From the IMG/VR virus record IMGVR_UViG_3300033076_000101, positions 1 to 34,028 of that record: 34,028 nt of DNA; one strand, written 5' to 3'. The notes beneath the pieces were generated by a model. It had not been told where the DNA came from and did no database searches. It was given only the letters and a program-made list of their open reading frames with translations. Source of the stretch: a virus. Taxonomy: Duplodnaviria; Caudoviricetes. Made by a program: the position numbers and the translations under genes. Positions 9,193-17,519 of the stretch are shown here, piece after piece (position 1 is the stretch's first letter; each line of letters begins with the position of its first letter).

Positions 9193-11160
9193 ATGCCAGT
9201 CGTAAAAACTAAAGGCAGCGCATCTAGCCAAGGCTTTGGAGAGTTCGCTCAACAAGGCGGTGGTGACGCCAATTGGATTGACGATGTATTCTCTACTTAT
9301 CTCTGGTCTGGCACATCTGCTGCTCGTTCAATTAACAACGGCATTGATTTGTCTACTAAAGGCGGGATGGTTTGGATTAAAGATAGAAAGGTTGCAAATA
9401 ACAACGTTATTTTTGATACTGCGCGTGGAGCATCAAAACTTTTAATTACAAACCAAACAGGTGGGCAATCAACAGACGCAGCAACACTTACTTCGTTTAA
9501 TACGAATGGTTTTTCGCTTGATTATTATTCAACAGTTAACGAGTCTCCAGATAATTATGTAGGCTGGACATTTGCTAAACAAGCAAAGTTCTTTGATGTA
9601 GTTACTTATACTGGTACAGGTTCAGCAAGAACAGTAGCTCATAATTTAGGGTCTGCACCTGGTTGTATGATTATTAAAAATCTTACAACTGGTGGTTTTA
9701 ATTGGATTGTTTATCATAGAAGCCTTGGAGCAACACAATATGGTGAATTAAATAATACTGGTTCTTTTGGAGCTTGGTCTGGTGCTTTTAATGATACAGC
9801 TCCAACTTCTAGTGTTTTTACAGTTGGTTTTGGAGATGCTGTTAATAAAAGCGGAGATTCATTTGTAGCCTACCTATTCGCCCATGATGCAGGTGGATTT
9901 GGTACAGCAGGCACAGATAATGTTATTAGTTGTGGAAGTTTTACTGGGCCATCAGCTACAGTAACCCTTGGGTATGAGCCACAATATATTTTATTCAAAA
10001 ACACAGCCAATGCTTCTGATTGGTTAGTTGTTGATAATATGAGAGGAATGTCTGTTGGTAATCCAGCTCAAGAACTTTATCCTAATACAAGTGGAGCTGA
10101 ATCTTATGGCGGAAACTTTGGTCAAGTAACCCCAACTGCTACAGGTTTTTCAGTTAGCTCTGGGTATTCAGGAACCTACATCTACATTGCCATTCGTAGA
10201 CCAATGAAACCGCCTACAACTGGTACAGAGGTGTTTAGTCCTATTACATCTTCTCAGCCAGCAGGAACAGACAATACAACAAATTTCCCTGTTGATATGC
10301 AGATAATGAAATATCGACCATCTGCAAGCGGAGATAACTGGACTGTTGATAGATTGCGTGGCATAAATACGCAAACAGTTAATGCCAATGCTCAATATGT
10401 TTTAACAAATACTTCGGGAGCAGAGGCAGCTGCATCAACAATTACTAGATATTGGACTAATCCTGGATTCCAAACTGCGGGTTCTTGGAATAATATTTCA
10501 ATGATTTATTGGAACTTTAAGCGAGCATCTACATTCTTTGATGAGGTTTGCTATACAGGTGATGGAGTTGCAAGAACTTTAAATCATAACTTAACTGTTG
10601 CACCTGAATTAATTATTATTAAAAATAGAAGTTCTGCTGGTCGAGATTGGGTTGTGCAATCTTCTGCTTTTTCTTCTGTTAAAGATGATTATGTTTTCTT
10701 AGATTTAAATAGTGCAAAAGCAAGTATTACTGATTTATGGACAACCCCAACAAGCACAACTTTTGGGTTTGGTAGTGGTGCGCCAAGTGCAGGCATTATA
10801 AACACAAATGGCAATACCTATGTAGCTTATCTATTCGCTACAGTAGCAGGAGTATCTAAAGTAGGTTCTTACACAGGTACAGGTACAGTTACTCAGACTA
10901 TTAACGCAGGATTTGGTGCTAGTGGGGCAAGATATGTGCTAATTAAGCGTACTGACGCATCAGGAAGTTGGTATGTATTTGACTCTGCTCGTGGGTTTAC
11001 AAGCTCATCTAGTCCATATCTAATACTAAATACAACTGCTGCTGAAGTAACAGGAAACAATGGTTGCTACGCTGCATCTACAGGCTTTACATTAACAACA
11101 AACGCATCAAGCACAGTCAATGTGAATGGTGGAAGTTATATTTATCTTGCCATTTCTTAA
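9193..11160 (+). CDS. Putative receptor-binding protein with repeated beta domains
   Basis: About six degenerate units of pattern (Y/F)TG.G....HNL..P....IK...W....N...Y..Y.FA. Confidence 0.7.
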   Translation: MPVVKTKGSASSQGFGEFAQQGGGDANWIDDVFSTYLWSGTSAARSINNGIDLSTKGGMVWIKDRKVANNNVIFDTARGASKLLITNQTGGQSTDAATLTSFNTNGFSLDYYSTVNESPDNYVGWTFAKQAKFFDVVTYTGTGSARTVAHNLGSAPGCMIIKNLTTGGFNWIVYHRSLGATQYGELNNTGSFGAWSGAFNDTAPTSSVFTVGFGDAVNKSGDSFVAYLFAHDAGGFGTAGTDNVISCGSFTGPSATVTLGYEPQYILFKNTANASDWLVVDNMRGMSVGNPAQELYPNTSGAESYGGNFGQVTPTATGFSVSSGYSGTYIYIAIRRPMKPPTTGTEVFSPITSSQPAGTDNTTNFPVDMQIMKYRPSASGDNWTVDRLRGINTQTVNANAQYVLTNTSGAEAAASTITRYWTNPGFQTAGSWNNISMIYWNFKRASTFFDEVCYTGDGVARTLNHNLTVAPELIIIKNRSSAGRDWVVQSSAFSSVKDDYVFLDLNSAKASITDLWTTPTSTTFGFGSGAPSAGIINTNGNTYVAYLFATVAGVSKVGSYTGTGTVTQTINAGFGASGARYVLIKRTDASGSWYVFDSARGFTSSSSPYLILNTTAAEVTGNNGCYAASTGFTLTTNASSTVNVNGGSYIYLAIS

Positions 11161-11169
11161 AGGAAAATC

Positions 11170-11631
11170 ATGGAAATCAGATTACGTTCAAACGGTCAAA
11201 CAATGCTTGAAGCAGAGTTTCGTGCTTACCAAGCTGCTAATGGTGGCCCAACATGGGGTTTGACAACTACAGAAATTCTTGATTCTTTGGATTCTGACGT
11301 TGTATTTGAAGGTCCATATCCAACAGCCACAGAATATCAAGTTGTTAGCCGTGATGGCGTAGAACAAGTTGATGGAAACTGGTATACAAAATACAAGGTA
11401 ACAGATTTGGATCAAGAAGGTATTGACGCAGTTAATGCACAAAAAACAGAATCAAACAAGAAAAAAGCTTCTGAGTTATTGGCTGAAACTGATTGGACTG
11501 TATTGCCAGACGTTACAAATCTAACAAACAAAGAAGATTTTGTAGCTTATCGTGCTGCTCTTAGAGCTATTGCTGTAACTCCTACATTTGATGCAACATT
11601 CCCTGTAAAACCTGATACAGTCTGGGCATGA
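11170..11631 (+). CDS. Tail fibre assembly chaperone-like protein
   Basis: LLAETDWTVLPD...YRAALRAI...FPVKP motif. Follows the fibre genes. Confidence 0.75.
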   Translation: MEIRLRSNGQTMLEAEFRAYQAANGGPTWGLTTTEILDSLDSDVVFEGPYPTATEYQVVSRDGVEQVDGNWYTKYKVTDLDQEGIDAVNAQKTESNKKKASELLAETDWTVLPDVTNLTNKEDFVAYRAALRAIAVTPTFDATFPVKPDTVWA

Positions 11632-12215
11632 CCACAGCGTTTCAATCCAATGCTTTTGAGCTAAATGCGTTTCAGATAGATGCCGATACTGGCGTTCTAT
11701 CTGTTACGGATGCTCTTGATACGGCTTCATTTGTAGGTCATATCCCTCAGACTATTACTGGTGATTTAAGCGTTACAGACGCATTAGATACAGCATCAAT
11801 TATTGGTCTTGCAGGAGCTACGGATACGCATGATGGCTTTACTAAAGATGACATTCGTAGAGCCAAAGAATTAGACAAGAAACTAGACCGAGCAAGACGT
11901 AAGCTAGAAGAAGCTCAAAAAGCTCAAAAGATTGCACGCAAACAAGCATTTAGAGATGCTATTGATCCTAAGCCTATTGTTGCAAAAACACAACAAGTTA
12001 AAGTAGAATCTGTTGAGAAGTCTAAAGAGGAAGCCCTTGCTGATTTAATTAAAGCATCGGCAGCTGTAAAACGCTTGGAAATGCAACAAGCCGAACTACA
12101 GCGCTCAATAGCTTTGAAGTTAGAGCAAGTTAGGATTGAAACCGAGCTTGCAATTTTAAACGCCAAGAGATTGGCAGAACAAGACGATGAGGAAGCATTA
12201 TTACTTTTGCTCTAA
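11628..12215 (+). CDS. Putative virion protein with a C-terminal coiled coil
   Basis: AFQSNAF N-terminus, two LSVTDALDTAS repeats, charged coiled coil, ends DDEEALLLLL. Confidence 0.7.
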   Translation: MTTAFQSNAFELNAFQIDADTGVLSVTDALDTASFVGHIPQTITGDLSVTDALDTASIIGLAGATDTHDGFTKDDIRRAKELDKKLDRARRKLEEAQKAQKIARKQAFRDAIDPKPIVAKTQQVKVESVEKSKEEALADLIKASAAVKRLEMQQAELQRSIALKLEQVRIETELAILNAKRLAEQDDEEALLLLL

Positions 12216-13108
12216 ATCCACATACGGAATATAAAAAAGCTTACGAACATTTACACGCAGGAAGATACCAAGCAGGTTTTAGACAGTTTGAATACCGTTG
12301 GCATCCTGACATTCTAGCTAATCAAGTTGTTCCGTATGTAAAAGAACCAAAAAACGTTCCGCCATGGAACGGTGAGTCATTAATTGGCAAATCAATAGTT
12401 ATTCAAACAGAGCAAGGTTTTGGAGATGTCATCCAATATGCTCGATTTATCCCCTTTTTAAAGGCTGCAGGCGCTGCCAAAGTAGTTGTTCTAACCCACA
12501 CATCCCTGATTCATTTATTAGGGCAAATGGAGTGCATAGATCAGATTACAAACATGACTGAAGAAGGCCCAGCCGTAGAATGTGATTACTGGATTGGCTT
12601 AATGTCATTACCTTATTACATTAACTGCTCGATGCCTTACATAAAACAGTTATTTCCTGTGGCAAAACACAAAATTGTAGGCTCAGAAGGCTATTTAGAA
12701 GCCACTCCAAGCAATATTCCTAAGAAAATAGGCGTTAATTGGTCAGCTAGCAAGGGTCAATTGCACTTTCTTAAGTCTGTTGCCGACCATGAGATGCTTA
12801 AATTGGTTGGTGATGACGCATATTCACTAAATCCTGAAACAGAATCCTTTTTTCAGCCATTACCTAACGATGGGTGGAAGAAAGATTGGGCTATTACGGC
12901 TCAACACATGAAGGCCATGAGAGGAGTTGTAACTGTAGACACAGGAACGGCTCATCTAGCAGGCGCTTTAGGCATAAAAACCATTGTTTTGCTACCTAAA
13001 GAGGAGTTTATTTGTTGGAGATGGAAAAATGGTCGTTGGTATGACTCAGTTGTTGCATTGCGACAAGAGGAATATCACAAGATACCTGAATTACTTGGGA
13101 GAATGTAA
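12200..13108 (+). CDS. TPR-associated GT9-like glycosyltransferase; start uncertain (non-canonical)
   Basis: The frame is open from 12191 and encodes FEYRW, WNGESLIGK and EQGFGDVIQYARF upstream of the first ATG (12527). It also has the GT9-type VTVDTGTAHLAGALG and CWRW motifs. Confidence 0.8.
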   Translation: MTFALNPHTEYKKAYEHLHAGRYQAGFRQFEYRWHPDILANQVVPYVKEPKNVPPWNGESLIGKSIVIQTEQGFGDVIQYARFIPFLKAAGAAKVVVLTHTSLIHLLGQMECIDQITNMTEEGPAVECDYWIGLMSLPYYINCSMPYIKQLFPVAKHKIVGSEGYLEATPSNIPKKIGVNWSASKGQLHFLKSVADHEMLKLVGDDAYSLNPETESFFQPLPNDGWKKDWAITAQHMKAMRGVVTVDTGTAHLAGALGIKTIVLLPKEEFICWRWKNGRWYDSVVALRQEEYHKIPELLGRM

Positions 13109-13495
13109 ATGACTAAGCATATTTGCCCTTTATGTAAGAGTGAATACATAAAAGAGGAAACCAAAGAGCTTTCCGATAAGGAAAAGTTCATTGAATGGTG
13201 GACTCCTACAGTTGGCAAAGAAGAAGCAGAAAAATCATGGGAAGAAAAGGAAAAGCAAACACGCAGAATAGCCCCTATGGTGGCATCTGACATTGGTGGC
13301 TATATTTCCCAAGTAGATGGCTCATGGATTGAGAGCCGTTCTAAGCATCGTGATCATTTAAAGCGTCATGGCATGGTAGAACTAGGCAATGACACTATTA
13401 ATAGTCACAAAAAGATAGAAATTAGCAGAAAATCGCAAGAGGAGCGCAAGCGCACTATTGCAGAAATTACTTATTCAAAATTACGTTACCGATAA
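13109..13495 (+). CDS. Conserved phage protein upstream of scaffold
   Basis: CPLC at the N-terminus and a Y.SQVDGSWI.SRSKHR.HLK motif. Confidence 0.75.
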   Translation: MTKHICPLCKSEYIKEETKELSDKEKFIEWWTPTVGKEEAEKSWEEKEKQTRRIAPMVASDIGGYISQVDGSWIESRSKHRDHLKRHGMVELGNDTINSHKKIEISRKSQEERKRTIAEITYSKLRYR

Positions 13496-13509
13496 CTTGG
13501 AGAGCTAAA

Positions 13510-14556
13510 ATGGCAGACTTAAGAACCGCACTAGAACAAGCATTTGACAACCCATCAACTGAGGCAGAGAACTATGAAGCTCCTGCTGTAGAAGAACAAG
13601 AGGTGCAAGATGAGCCGTTACGAAACGAAAAAGGACAATTTGTTGCTAAAGAGGAAGCGGAAGCACCTGTTGTTGCTAGTGAAGCTGAAACTAATGAAGA
13701 AGTTGAAGAAAAGCCTGAATTTGAGGTAAAACCTGCAATAAACCGCCCTACTACATGGAAAAAAGAGTATTTGCCAATTTGGGACAAGCTAACGGCTGGT
13801 CAGCAATTAAGCCCTGAAGAAGCTATCAAATTAGCAGAGTATTCAAACCAACGTGAATCAGAATATAAAAAAGGCGTTTCTACATACAAAGCTGAAGCTG
13901 ACAATGCACGTCAGTTAATTCAAGCTGTAGAACCATTCATGCCTGAGTTGCAGAAAAACAACATTCATCCTGCGACATTTATTAACAATTTAGGTAGAGC
14001 GCACATGGTGCTTGCACAAGGCTCACCTGAACAAAAAATTCAAATGTTTCACAAACTTGCACAAGATTATGGTATACAATTAAATCAAGCAGGTCAGTTT
14101 CAACAACAAGACCCTTATACAGCTCAATTAATGGAGCAACTTCAACGTGTAAACAGCGAAGTTAGCACTATTAAGAGCCGTTATGAGCAAGAAGAACAGC
14201 AACGTCTTGTTAGTGAAATTGAAAGAGTTCGACAAAATGAGGAGCAGTTTCCGCATTTTGATGAGGTAAGAGAAACGATGGCTCAATTACTTGAGCAAGG
14301 TTTAGCTAATGACCTCGAAACGGCTTATGCCAAAGCTGTACGTTTACAGGATGACGTATGGGCTAAAGAGCAAGATAGACTCTTGCAAAAAGCACAACAA
14401 GTCCAAAGTAAACAGCAGCAAGTAGCTAAAGCTAAGGCTAAAGCAGTAAGTCCAAGATCTGTTACACCTAACAACTTGGTAGCGGCTTCAGATAAAAAAG
14501 ACAGGAGATCACTTATTGAAGAACAACTAGGTTCTGCTTTAAGTAATCGAGTTTAA
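13510..14556 (+). CDS. Capsid scaffolding protein
   Basis: Acidic N-terminus, RNEKGQF motif, helical composition, directly upstream of the capsid gene. Confidence 0.75.
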   Translation: MADLRTALEQAFDNPSTEAENYEAPAVEEQEVQDEPLRNEKGQFVAKEEAEAPVVASEAETNEEVEEKPEFEVKPAINRPTTWKKEYLPIWDKLTAGQQLSPEEAIKLAEYSNQRESEYKKGVSTYKAEADNARQLIQAVEPFMPELQKNNIHPATFINNLGRAHMVLAQGSPEQKIQMFHKLAQDYGIQLNQAGQFQQQDPYTAQLMEQLQRVNSEVSTIKSRYEQEEQQRLVSEIERVRQNEEQFPHFDEVRETMAQLLEQGLANDLETAYAKAVRLQDDVWAKEQDRLLQKAQQVQSKQQQVAKAKAKAVSPRSVTPNNLVAASDKKDRRSLIEEQLGSALSNRV

Positions 14557-14576
14557 TTTTTTATAAAGGAAATATC

Positions 14577-15557
14577 ATGGCATTTGCTAATAGCGCAATT
14601 ACCGATATTATCGCTACCACGATCCAAAGTCGTAGCGGTGAATTGGCAGACAACTTGACACAAAACAACGCACTTCTTCAACGCCTAGAGAAAAAAGGCA
14701 ACATTCGCCCATTCTCAGGTGGTAACGTAATTCTTGAAGAAATTATGTATAACGACCCAAATACTAATAACGCTAACTCATATAGCGGCTATGAAGTATT
14801 GAACATTTCTCCAGATAGCCCAATTTCTGCTGCTCAGTATTCAATTACTCAGTACGCTGATGCTGTGACTATGTCTGGTCTAGAAATGTTACAAAATGCT
14901 GGCAAAGAACAAATCATCGACTTGTTAGATGGTCGTATGCAAGTTTCTGAAGCTCGCCTTTTGAACCGTATCTCTGGTGACTTGTATCTTGACGGTACTG
15001 GTAACGGTGGTAAGAACATTACTGGTCTAGCAGCCGCTGTACCTGATGATCCGACTACTGGCACATACGGTGGTATTGACCGTGCTACATGGACATTCTG
15101 GCGTCCAGTTGCAACAACAGGTACAACTATTTCTGCTACAAACATCCAAGCTAAGATGACTTCAACAGCTATCCAATTGGTTCGTGGTACAGACAAAGCT
15201 GACTTGATTATTGCTGACAACAACTTCTATTCTTTCTATGTTCAGTCATTGCAAGCTATCCAACGTATCACTTCTGAAGAATCTGCAGCTGCAGGTTTCG
15301 CTTCATTGAAGTTCTACGGTGGTGGTACATCTGCTGACGTAGTATTGGGTGGCGGTTATGGTTCACAAGCTACTTCTAACCATATGTGGTTCTTGAACAC
15401 TAACTACTTGTTCTTGCGTCCACATAAAGATCGTAACTTCGTACCTATCGGTGGTGAACGTCAAGCGATTAACCAAGACGCTATCGTTAAGCTTTATGGC
15501 TGGGCTGGCAATTTAACTTGCTCTAACCAGTTCTTACAAGGCGTTTTAACTAACTAA
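14577..15557 (+). CDS. Major capsid protein
   Basis: 326 aa after the scaffold gene, strong AAAGGA RBS, high-expression codon bias, GTYGGIDRAT motif. Confidence 0.88.
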   Translation: MAFANSAITDIIATTIQSRSGELADNLTQNNALLQRLEKKGNIRPFSGGNVILEEIMYNDPNTNNANSYSGYEVLNISPDSPISAAQYSITQYADAVTMSGLEMLQNAGKEQIIDLLDGRMQVSEARLLNRISGDLYLDGTGNGGKNITGLAAAVPDDPTTGTYGGIDRATWTFWRPVATTGTTISATNIQAKMTSTAIQLVRGTDKADLIIADNNFYSFYVQSLQAIQRITSEESAAAGFASLKFYGGGTSADVVLGGGYGSQATSNHMWFLNTNYLFLRPHKDRNFVPIGGERQAINQDAIVKLYGWAGNLTCSNQFLQGVLTN

Positions 15558-15583
15558 TTAACCATTGGATAAAGGAAATTATC

Positions 15584-15880
15584 ATGGCATATTCAATTGA
15601 GCCGCTATCAGGGATTAACCTTGTTGGCACAACAACAACTAACACTAACTCTGCTGGTACAGCAATCCCAACATTTGGCCCTTTAGGTACTCAAGTGTTT
15701 GGTTCTGACGGTAAGCGTTATGTGTTTGCTAAAGCTGGTGGCGCTATTACAGCATCAACAGCTACTTGTTCAATCAACGCATCTACATTTGTAGCAACTG
15801 GTTCTGCTGGTACTTACACAAGCCCAGCAGTTACTTTAGCTTCAGGTGACTATGCTTGGTTTGCAGCAACATCTGTTTAA
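15584..15880 (+). CDS. Putative capsid decoration/cement protein
   Basis: 98 aa, Ala/Thr/Gly-rich with GSDGKRYVF, between the capsid gene and its terminator. Confidence 0.65.
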   Translation: MAYSIEPLSGINLVGTTTTNTNSAGTAIPTFGPLGTQVFGSDGKRYVFAKAGGAITASTATCSINASTFVATGSAGTYTSPAVTLASGDYAWFAATSV

Positions 15881-15898
15881 TACAGATATGTAGTAACG

Positions 15899-15932
15899 AA
15901 GGGAAGCTCCTCACGGGGTTTCCCTTTCTTTT
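15899..15932 (+). terminator. Intrinsic terminator after the capsid genes
   Basis: 12-bp stem AAGGGAAGCTCC-TCAC-GGGGTTTCCCTT followed by TCTTTT. Confidence 0.85.
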
Positions 15933-15935
15933 ATT

Positions 15936-15963
15936 TAACAACCTAACTACTTAGGAGAAGTTA
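15936..15963 (+). promoter_or_regulatory. RBS-covering hairpin with CUAC loop
   Basis: CCTAA-CTAC-TTAGG (15942-15955) plus an outer TAAC/GTTA pairing. Overlaps the AGGAG SD of the 15966 gene. Confidence 0.55.
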
Positions 15964-15965
15964 TC

Positions 15966-16592
15966 ATGGCAATAGAATCAGATATTCAAAACCCGAATAG
16001 CCGTTTAGTGGTGTTTTTCCACAAAAAAGCTAAAAAGAACGACTTTAGAAGCGAACAAGAAGGTCGACCAATTTTTGACGATGTTATTTACATTAAAAAG
16101 ATGGTTCCAGGCGATTCTTTGAGCATTATTGACAGACCTATGTATGAGTCTGACAAAAACGAATTTCCGATGCAATGGGCGCACTTCCAAAACAAACAGG
16201 AAGGTGATCAAATGGTTTCAGGAACGCCATTGATTGAATGGCCGATTGTTTCAACAGCACAAGCTGAAGAATTAAGAGCTTTAAAATTCTACACAGTAGA
16301 AAATATTGCTAATGCTTCAGATGCACAATTACAAAGAATTGGCATTATTGCAGGAATGTCACCACATTCATTTAGAGATAAAGCCCGTCTTTTCCTCAAC
16401 AAAGCTGCAGGATTAGCAGAAGATTCAAAACGTGAAGAAGAACTTGCCACTTTACGTGAAGAAAATGCTAAAATTAAAGCAGAAACTGATGCGAAGTTGG
16501 CCGCTATGCAAGAACAGATGGCTAATATACTTGCGGCAGTTGGTGAAAAGAAGCCTAGAGGGCGCAAACCAAAAGTCGAAGTAGAGGAGTAA
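15966..16592 (+). CDS. Conserved hypothetical phage protein
   Basis: EGRPIFDD and GTPL.EWP motifs, helix-hairpin-like middle, C-terminal coiled coil with a basic tail. Confidence 0.75.
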   Translation: MAIESDIQNPNSRLVVFFHKKAKKNDFRSEQEGRPIFDDVIYIKKMVPGDSLSIIDRPMYESDKNEFPMQWAHFQNKQEGDQMVSGTPLIEWPIVSTAQAEELRALKFYTVENIANASDAQLQRIGIIAGMSPHSFRDKARLFLNKAAGLAEDSKREEELATLREENAKIKAETDAKLAAMQEQMANILAAVGEKKPRGRKPKVEVEE

Positions 16593-16593
16593 T

Positions 16594-17517
16594 ATGTCAG
16601 CCACTTATTTGCAATTAGTTCAGCAAGTTACCAACGAATTGGGTCTTGCCACGCCTACTTATGTAGCTGGCAATACTAATATTGAGGTTAATCAGATTAG
16701 CTCGTTAATGAACGCAGCTGGTTATGAATTAACTTTCGATTATGACTGGCAGGCATTGCAAACTGAGTATCGTTTTTACACGCAATTTGTAAACACAACT
16801 GGCACGTGCGATGCTAATAGTTACCTTATTACCAACGTACAAAACTTCGTAGCACAAGACGGAACGGACATTGACAGCAACTATATGGTTACTGGCAGTT
16901 CGTTCCCTCAAGACACTTATGTTGTCAGCATTGATAAAGTTGCTGGCACAGTTTTAGTTAATCAGAAAAGCTCTGCTGCTCAAGTAAACCAAAGCGTTTT
17001 ATTTAGCAAAACTAAGTACGCATTGCCACCTGATTACCACTCAATTACAGACCGTACACAATGGGACAAGTCTAAGCATTGGGAAATGCTAGGCCCTGAA
17101 GACCCACAACAATGGCAATGGCTAAAGTCTGGTTATATTTCAACTGGCCCACGTATTCGTTGGAGAATCTTAGACGATTACTTCCAAACTTGGCCACCAA
17201 TGAATACTCAAGAGTATTTAGGCTTTGAATACCGTTCTAAAGGATGGGCAAGAAGCTCTGCAGGCGCTGTTAAGAACAGTATGACTGTAGACACAGATAC
17301 TTGCTTGTTCCCAGACCGTATTATGGTTTTGGCTACAAAGCTTAAGTTCTTCCAAATCAAGAATTTTGATACAACTGCATTGTTGCAAGATTACAACCGT
17401 TATTTAAGCGTTGCTAAAGCTGAAGATAAGGGTAGTCCTAACTTGTCATTTGCTCCACAGCCTAGCAAAGTGCTTATTGGCTACGCTAATATTCCTGATA
17501 CTGGCTATGGATCTTAA
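16594..17517 (+). CDS. Head-tail adaptor / tail tubular protein A-like
   Basis: Position after the head genes, helical N-terminus LQLVQQV..ELG, C-terminal IPDTGYG. Confidence 0.6.
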   Translation: MSATYLQLVQQVTNELGLATPTYVAGNTNIEVNQISSLMNAAGYELTFDYDWQALQTEYRFYTQFVNTTGTCDANSYLITNVQNFVAQDGTDIDSNYMVTGSSFPQDTYVVSIDKVAGTVLVNQKSSAAQVNQSVLFSKTKYALPPDYHSITDRTQWDKSKHWEMLGPEDPQQWQWLKSGYISTGPRIRWRILDDYFQTWPPMNTQEYLGFEYRSKGWARSSAGAVKNSMTVDTDTCLFPDRIMVLATKLKFFQIKNFDTTALLQDYNRYLSVAKAEDKGSPNLSFAPQPSKVLIGYANIPDTGYGS

Positions 17518-17519
17518 TC

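Noticed and set aside
9193-11160. Possible diversity-generating retroelement target
   Set aside because: No reverse transcriptase and no template/variable repeat pair are present. The repeats are diverged protein domains.
12233-12239. AAAAAAG slippery heptamer in the frame of the upstream gene
   Set aside because: It lies six codons after the TAA at 12213-12215, so it could be used only after stop read-through, for which I see no evidence.
12527-13108. ORF-track start of the glycosyltransferase at ATG 12527
   Set aside because: It would omit conserved N-terminal motifs present in frame upstream.
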